A stretch of DNA of 64,000 nucleotides, from NCBI RefSeq assembly GCF_009914755.1, contig NC_060935.1. The stretch is one strand, 5' to 3'. A model generated the notes under the pieces. That model was not told the DNA's origin, searched no databases, and saw only the letters and a list, made by a program, of their open reading frames with translations. A program made the position numbers and the translations under genes. Within the stretch, counting starts at the first letter, position 1, and every line of letters begins with the position of its first letter. Source of the DNA: the human T2T-CHM13v2.0 reference genome, Homo sapiens. Below are positions 55,826-64,000 of the stretch, one piece after another.

Positions 55826-57634
55826 AATTTCATTATTTTTTATGGCTGAATAGTATTTCATTGTATAAATATACCACAGATTCTTTATCCAGTCATCCAC
55901 TGATAGACATGTAGGTTGATTCTACATCTTTGCTATTGTGTATAGTGCTGTGATTAACATATGTGTCCAAGTATCTTTTTGATATAATGTTTTATTTTCC
56001 TTTGAGTAGATACTAGTAGTGGGATTGCTGGATAGAATTATAATTCTTAGTTCTTTGAGAAATCTCCATATGGTTTTCCATAGAGGTTGTACTAATTTAC
56101 ATTCCCACAGTGTATAGGAATTCCCTTTTCTCTGCATCCTCACCAACATCTGTTATATTTTTACTTTTTAATATTAGCTATTCTGACTGGTATAAAACAG
56201 TACTTCATGGTTTTAATTTGCATTTCTCTAAAGATTAGTTATGTTGAGCATAAAACACTATCTCATGGTTTTCATAATTGTTTTATAACCAATCATCTTG
56301 ATTTTAACTAATCATCTCATTATTTCTCTGATGATGAGTTATGTTGAGCATTAAACAGTATCTCATGTTTTTTACATTGTTAAGTATAAAACAATACCTC
56401 ATGGTTTTAATCTGCATTTCTCTGATGATTAGTTATGTTGAAATTGGCCATTTATATGTCTTCTTTTGAAAAATATTGATTTATGTCCTTTGCTCACTTT
56501 TTAGTGGGGTTATCGTGTTGTTGAGTTGATAGAATTGCTTATAAATTATGAATATTAGTCCCTTTTCAGATGAATAGTTTGCAAATATTTTCTCACATTT
56601 TGCAGGTTATTTTTTCACTCTTTTGATTATCTTTTTACTGTGCAAAAGCTTTTTAGTTTAATTAAGTCCTTTTTGTCTATTTTTGGTTTTGTTAGTTTTG
56701 CTTTTGAGGTCTTAGTCATGAATTCTTCACCTAGACCAATGTTGATGAGTTTTTCCTAGGTTTTCTTCCACTATTTTTGTAGTTTCAGGGCTAACAATTA
56801 AGTTTTAATCCATCTTGAGTTAACTTTTATATATGGTGAGAGACAGGGGTCTATTTTCATCCTTCTGCATATGATAATTCAATTTTCCCAGAGTCATTAA
56901 TTGAAATGGGCGTCCTTTTCTCAGTGTATGTTTTTGTTGACTTTGTTAAACATCAATTGACTGTATATATGTGGCTTTATTTCTGGGCTCTCTATTCGGC
57001 TCCATTGATTCATGTGTCTGTTTTTAAACCAGTACCATGCTGTTTGGGTTACTATAGCCTTGTAGTATAGTTTGAAGTCAGGTAATGTGATATTTCTGCC
57101 TTTGTTCTTTTTGCTTAGGATTGCTTTGCCTATTCTGGCTCTTTTTTGATTCCATATGAATTTTAGGATATTTTTCAAATTCTATAAATAATGACATTGG
57201 TATTTTGATAGGGATTGCCATTGAATTTGTAGATTGCTTTGGGCTATATGGCCATTTTAATAACATTAATAATTTTGATCCATTAGCATGGGATTTTTTC
57301 CATTTCTTTGTGTCATTTACAATTTATTTCATCAGTGTTTTGTAGCTTTCTTTGTGGAGATCTTTTACTTTATTGGTTAAGTATATTCCTAGACATTTTG
57401 TGTAGCTATTGTAAATGGGATTGACTTCTTGATTTGGTTCTCAGCTTAATTGTTACTGGTGTATAGAAATGCTACTGATTGTTGTATGTTAATTTTGTAT
57501 CCTGAAACTTACTGAATTCATTTATTAAATCTAACAGTTTTTTTAGGAGTCTTTAGGGTTTTCTAGGTATAAGATAATATCATCAGCAAACAGAGATAAT
57601 TTGACTTCTTTTCCCATTTGGATGTCTTTTATTT

Positions 57635-57957
57635 ATTTCTTTTTTTTTCTTTTTCTTTTCTTTTTTTTTTTTTGAGGCTGAGTCTCACTCTGTTGCCCAG
57701 GCTGGAGTGCAGTGGCACCATCTTGGTTTGCTGCAAGCTCCGACTCCCAAGTTCACGCCATTCTCTTGCCTCAGCCTCCCAAGTAGCTGGGACTATAGGC
57801 GCCCGCCATCATGCCCGGCCAACTTTTTTTGTATTTTTTAGTAGAGATGGGGTTTCACCGTGTTAGCCAGGATGGTCCCGATCTCCTGACCTAATGATCT
57901 GTCCGCCTCAGCCTCCCAAAGTGCTGGGATTACAGGCGTGAGCCACTGTGCCCAGCC
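57635..57957 (-). mobile_element. AluY (older, CpG-decayed)
   Basis: AluY diagnostics; 13-bp TSD atgtcttttattt at 57622 and 57958. Confidence 0.9.
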
Positions 57958-58912
57958 ATGTCTTTTATTTCTTTATCTTGCCTGATTGCTCTGGCTAGAA
58001 CTTCCAGCCAGAAGTTGAATATGAGTGGTAAAAATGGGCATCTTTGTCTTGTTCCAGCTTTTAGGGGTAATGCTTTCAACTTTTCTTTGTTCAGTATGAT
58101 GTTGGCTGTGGATTTGTCATATGTGGCCTTTATTATTTTCAGATATGTTTCTTCTATCCCTAGTTTGTTGAGGGTTTTTATCATGAAGGGATGATACATT
58201 TTGTGAAATGAGTTTTTCTGCATCTATTGAGATGACCATATGGTTTTTGTCCTTAATTCTGTTTCTGTGATGAATCACTTAACACACATTTATTGATTTG
58301 TGCATGTTGAATCATCCTTGCATTTCCGAAATAAAACTCACTTGATAATGGTGTATTACATTTTTGACGTGCTATTGTATTAGGTTTGCTAGTATTTTGT
58401 TGTGAATTTTTACATTTATCTTCATCAGCATTATTGGTCTGTAGTTTTCTTTTGTTGTGTCCTGTCTGGCTTTGATATCAGGGTGATAGTGGCTTCACAA
58501 ACTGAGCTAAGGAAGATTTCCTCCTCCTCAAATTTTTTGAACTGTTTGAGGAGGATTGGTACCAGTTCTTCTTTGTATGTCTGGTAGAATTTGGCTGTGG
58601 ATCCATCTGGTCTTCAGCTTTTTTGGATGGGAGATTTTAAATTACTGACTCAATGCAACTATTTATTATTGGTCTGTTCAGAATTTCTACTTCTTCCTGG
58701 TTCAATATTGGGAGTTTGTATGTTTTCAGGAATTTAACCATTTCTCTAGGTTTTCTAGTTTGTGAGTGTATAGTTGTTCATAGCAGTCTCTGATGATTTT
58801 TTGTGCTTCTGTGGTATTTGTTATAATGTCTCCTTTTAAATTTTGATTATGTTTATTTGAGTCATCTGCCTTCTTTAATTTTTGATTGTATTTATTTGAG
58901 TCTTCTCTCTTC

Positions 58913-60064
58913 TTTTTTTTTTTTTTTTTTTGGAGGAAGTCATTTTATTCAAAATTTTTACATACTCACTCAGGCCAACAAATGTTTCAAGAACTTTTTA
59001 CCTGCCAGGCACTATGCTGAGTAATTAGGTTAACATAAGTGAGACAAACTGACATGGTGCTTTGCCCTCATGGGGTTTACAATCTTGTAAAAAGACAGGT
59101 TTAAATCAAATAATCATACAATTAAGTACAAGCCTTGGTAATTGTTACAAAATGTAGGGTACATGAGGGCATGTAACAATTGAGAAAGCAATGTTTTTAC
59201 CGTAAATTGAAGGAATAGAAGTGGGTGATGAGAAAGAGATTTCTTTTTTTTTATTTTTTATTATACTTTAAGTTTTAGGGTACATGTGCACAATGTTCAG
59301 GTTAGTTACATGTGATGTATACATGTGACATGCTGGTGTGCTGCACCCACTAACTGGTCATCTAGCATTAGGTATATCTCCCAATGCTATCCCTCCCCCC
59401 TCCCCTCACCCCACAACAGTCCCCAGAGTGTGATGTTCCCCTTCCTGTGTCCATGTGTTCTCATTGTTCAATTCCCACTTATGAGTGAGAATATGCGGTG
59501 TTTGTTTTTTTGTTCTTGCAATAGTTTACTGAGAATGATGATTTCCAATTTCATCCATGTCCCTACAAAGGACATGAACTCATCATTTTTTATGGCTGCA
59601 TAGTATTCCATGGTGTATATGTGCCACATTTTCTTAATCCAGTCTATCACTGTTGGACATTTGGGTTGGTTCCAAGTCTTTGCTATTGTGCATAGTGCCG
59701 CAATAAACGTACGTGTGCATGTGTCTTTATAGCAGCATGATTTATAGTCCTTTGGGTATATACCCAGTAATGGGATGGCTGGGTCAAATGGTATTTCTAG
59801 TTCTAGATCCCTGAAGAATCACCACACTGACTTCCACAATGGTTGAACTAGTTTATCGTCCCACCAACAGTGTAAAAGTGTTCCTATTTCTCCACATCCT
59901 CTCCAGCACCTGTTGTTTCCTGACTTTTTAATGATTGCCATTCTAACTGGTGTGAGATGATATCTCATTGTGGTTTTGATTTGCATTTCTCTGATGGCCA
60001 GTGACGGTGAGCATTTTTTCATGTGTTTTTTGGCTGCATAAATGTCTTCTTTTGAGAAGTGTCT
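58913..60064 (-). mobile_element. L1PA3-like 5'-truncated insertion with 312-bp 3' transduction
   Basis: 15-bp TSD gtcttctctcttctt at 58900 and 60061; T19, transduced 58932-59243, T-rich source tail, L1 body 59260-60064. Confidence 0.93.
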
Positions 60065-61963
60065 TCTCTCTTCTTAGTCTAGCTAGTGGATTATCAATTT
60101 TGTTTATCTTTTCAAAGAACAAGCTTTTAGATTCTTGATCCTTTGAATTTTTGGTCTCAATTTCATTTAGTTCTAACCTGATCTTTGTTTATTTTTGTCT
60201 GTGAGCTTTGGATTTGATTTGTTCTTTTTTGCTAGTTCCTTGAGGTGCAATGTTAAGTTGTTAATTTGTGATTTTTTTAAGATTATTTGATGTAGATATT
60301 TAGTGCTGTAAACTTTCCTCTTAGCACTGCTCTTGCAGTATTCCAGAGGTTTCAGTATGTTGTGTTTCCATTTTCATTCATTTAAAAAATTTCCATCTCG
60401 ATTTCATTTGTAAGATAACTTAGAATCATATTGTTTCATTTTTACATATTTGTATAGTTTTATGAGTTCCTTTTGGTATTGACTTCTAGTTTTATTCCAC
60501 TGTGGCTTGAGAAGATATTTGATATGATTTTGACTTTTTAAACTTCATTGAAACTTGTTTTATGACCTAACATATCATATATATTGGAGCATGAGGAGAA
60601 GATTGTATATTCTGTGGTTGTTGCATAGAATGTTCTGCAAATGTCTGTTAGGTCCATTTGGTCTAAAGTCCAATTTAAATGTAGTGCTTCTTTGTTGATA
60701 CTCTGTCTACTGATGTGAGTGGGGTGTTGAAGTCCTCCACTATTATTTTATTGCTATCTGTTTCTTTAGGTCTAGAAATATTTATTTTATGAATCTGAGT
60801 ACTCCTGTGCTGGGTGTATTTATGTTTAGAATTGTTGTATCCTCTTGTTGAATTGATCCTTTATCATTATATAAGGTCATTCTTTTTCTTTTTTTAACTG
60901 CTTTTGATTTAAAACCTGTTTTATATAAGTATAGTTACTGCTGTTCACTTCTGGTTTCCATTTGCATGGAATATCTTTTTCTCCCCTTTACCTCCAGTCT
61001 GTGTGTCTTCACCAGCAAGGTGGGTTTCTTGTAAGTAGGATATAGTTGGATCCAATCTGCCAACCTATATCTTTTAAGTGGAGCATTTAATACATTTATG
61101 TTCAAAGTTAATATCGATATGTGAAGTTTTGTTCTTGTCATAATGTTAATTGATTTCTAATTGGTTGTAAATTATTTGGTGTGTGTGTGTGTCTGTGTGT
61201 GCCTGTCTTTGTAGTTTGGTGGAGTTCTCTCATGTTGCCAGTTGATTTCTTTCTCTTCCTTTTTTGTATAATTGTTTCATAGGCTTATGAGTTTTATACT
61301 TTCATGTATATTTATAATGGAGAATATTGACCTTTTGTTTCCATGTTTAGAATTCCTTTGAGCATTTCTTTTAGAACTGGTCTACTGGTGATGAATTCCC
61401 TGAGCATTTGCTTGTCTGGGAAGTAATTTAATTTCTCCTTCATTTATGAATCTTATTTTAGCAGGTATAAAATTTATGGTTGACAGTTTTTGTCTTTAAG
61501 CACTCTTAAAATTGATTTCAGTGTTTCCGGCTTGAAGTTTCCTGCTGAGAAGTTCACTGTTAGTCTGATGGGTGACTAGACACTTTTGCTGATTTTAGCA
61601 TTTTTTCTTTCATTTTGACTTTAGACAGTCTGACAACTACAGGTCATGGTGAAATTGGTCTGGCAATATGTTTCTGGTCTTTGTTGCGCCTCTTGTATCC
61701 GGATATCTAAATATCTCGCTAGACTAGTGAAATTGTTTTGTCAATTATTTCCTTAAAAAGGTTTTCTAAACATTTTACTTTTTATTCTCCTTTGGGAATA
61801 CTAATAGTGTACAAGTTCAGTCACTTTATGTAGTCCCATACTTCTAGAAGGCTTTGTTCATTTCTTAAATTCTTTAAAAAATTTTTTTCTGAGACTGGAT
61901 TAATTCAAAAAACCTGTTTCAACTTCTGAGATTCTCTCTTATGCTTAATCTATTGTTGAAACT

Positions 61964-62273
61964 TCCTTCCTTCCTTTTTTTTTTTTCCATAGACAAGGTC
62001 TCACTCTGTCACCCAGGCTGAGTGCAGTGGCATGATCACAGCCCACTGCAGCCTCAATCTCCCAGGCGTAAACCATCCCCCTGCCTCAGACTCCTGAATA
62101 GCTGAGACTACAGGCAGGTACCACTATGCTCAGCTAATTTCTGATTCTTTTTTTGTAGAGGTGGCATCTCACTATATTGCCCAGACTGGTCTTGAACTCC
62201 TGGCCACAAACAATTCCCCAACCTTGGCCTCCCAAAGTGCTGGCATTACAGATGTGAGCCACCATGCCCAGCC
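61964..62273 (-). mobile_element. AluJ
   Basis: acaaggtctcactctg, gatcacagcccactgcagcctcaatctcc, tttttgtagag. Confidence 0.88.
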
Positions 62274-64000
62274 AAAACTTTCAACTGTGTTTTGTAATTA
62301 TTTTCAATGCATTTTTTTATTTCCAGAAGTTCTATATTTAAAAGATATCCATCTCTGTTGTAATTTTCTCCTTCATATCTTGAATTGGTATTCTGTTTTA
62401 TTTTATTGGTTTTCAGATTTCTTTTGGATCTCAATGAACATCTTTAAATTCAGTATTTTGAATTCCTTATCCGTCATTTCAAAAACTTCTTTTTGGTTAG
62501 AATCTATTGCTACAGAATTAATATGTTCCTTCGGAAATGTCATAACACCCTGCTTTCTCATACTTTCAGTATTATTACACTGATTTCTTAGCATCTGTAG
62601 AAACAGTCACTTCTTGTTTTTCCGTGTACTTTCATTGGGGTGAAACTTTTTCTTTCCTCTTGAGGATATGACTATGATGTATATAGAGTAGGGCCATTTG
62701 GCTTTGCTTTTGAGTGTGTTCAGTAGTGAAGAGTTTATGATTTTCTTAGTCATAAATAGCCTTAGTATGGTGGCTTTCTCAAATGTCAGTTGTAGTAGCA
62801 GTGTACTGGGTGAATGAGTGGGCCAGCTAGGTATCCAGGGTGGCATGAGCAACATTGGTAGCAGAGGTTACGAGAAGCTCGTCTCCTTCTCCAGTGCTGT
62901 GCACTTGTGTCAGCAAATATTGTAATGGGCTGTATGGATTGACTTCAGGGCCAGTGGGTGGCACTTGCAGGTGACAGTCAGGTGCAGTGGGTGGTGGTAG
63001 AATTTATGCATAATCTTTGTTAACCAGGAGAAGTACTTGGTGTCCCAGGTGATGGGTTGGGCCATGGAATTCTCTGTGGTCTAGGTCCCACACTCTGCCT
63101 CTAAGTTTGGTGGGGCAAAGCCAGGTGGGGCTGGGCTGGGCAAGACTGTACTCAGGCTCCCCAATGGTGGCTGTAAGTGCTGGCCCCAGCAGTGGTCAGT
63201 GGTATTCCTCAGGACCCCAGAGAAATGCTCCAGCAAGGAGTGGAGCAACTGCTGCTGTGCCAAAGATGCAGGATGGGGAAAGAAGGGTGGCTTCAGTTCC
63301 ACAGACCAGCGTGCCATAATGAGATCCACTTCACCCTCATGTTCTGGACCTGGCAGAGCTCTCTCCCATGGCCTGACCTCAGTAGCAAGTCAGGACAGTT
63401 AGTTATGTCACAAGCAGTTTGCTTTGAGTCTCTGAAACTATCTCACTCCATAAAACTTGCTATCCAGGACAAAACCATGCCTCTCAGGCAGATCTCTCCC
63501 TGTTCTGGTCCCACGGAGTGGGGGTACCCAATTCCAGTGCCTGTGGCTGTGGCGCATGTCACACTTGTCTCTCAGTTCTGACTGATGGGGTCCCTCTCTC
63601 CACTCTAGATCAGCTCGCCAATTCCTGGCCCAAGTCTGTCCAAACCAGTGACTGCTGCCCCTGCTCGCTGGAAAGTTCTTGCATAGCCCTCTATGAGCTA
63701 GAATCAGGAATGGCCTCCTTCTATTGGTGTCCAGGTCTGGAAGCATGCATAGGACACTTCCAGTGGTATTTCTTCACGGTCTTCTGACTACTTCTCAAGT
63801 CAGATCCACAGCTTGGTGGGGTCAAGGAGCTCCCCTGTGGCCAGGATTGCCTGGCTCCCCAGTGGGAATGTGAATTGTAGAGACACTCACTCCCCCTCCC
63901 ATGCACTGGAGATTGATTCACCATTTTCTGCCAAACCCCGCCACATGGGCTGCTGTCTGCTTTCTTTTTCCTGGTATGTGAAGTTTTCTTTTGCCTTTAT

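Noticed and set aside
62948-62966. CTCF-like motif ccagtgggtggcact
   Set aside because: Mismatch at a core position and lies within an old L1 5' UTR; unsupported without ChIP data.

Overview
This window is primate, almost certainly human, non-coding genomic DNA. It carries human-specific L1HS-Ta1 and AluYa-lineage diagnostic bases. I recognise no protein-coding gene, tRNA/rRNA, CpG island or CRISPR array. The ORF track reflects L1 ORF1/ORF2 and HERV-L gag remnants, Alu/microsatellite read-throughs and chance ORFs. About half the window is transposable elements: 12 near-full-length Alus plus a right arm and a stub, L1s from L1ME to L1HS, L2/MIR/L3, LTR7, MER21, LTR33, MLT2A-HERVL, MER52 and several DNA-transposon MITEs. 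Between these lie several repeat-free, homeobox-motif-dense blocks that look like conserved developmental enhancers (conservation not verifiable here). Three non-canonical L1 integrations can be read base by base. (1) A 5'-inverted L1HS-Ta1 is fused through its poly(A) to an AluYa right arm, with both inside one 16-bp TSD (17138-18725). (2) An L1PA3-like copy carries a 312-bp 3' transduction that placed an ancient L2 fragment inside a younger L1PB (58900-60075). (3) A tiny L1PA2-like copy has both a 5' inversion and a 20-nt 3' transduction (8359-8857). A solo LTR7 carries the SOX-motif block of the pluripotency-active subtype. Subfamily calls come from remembered consensus diagnostics and need RepeatMasker/Dfam confirmation. 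I found no evidence of a new gene system.
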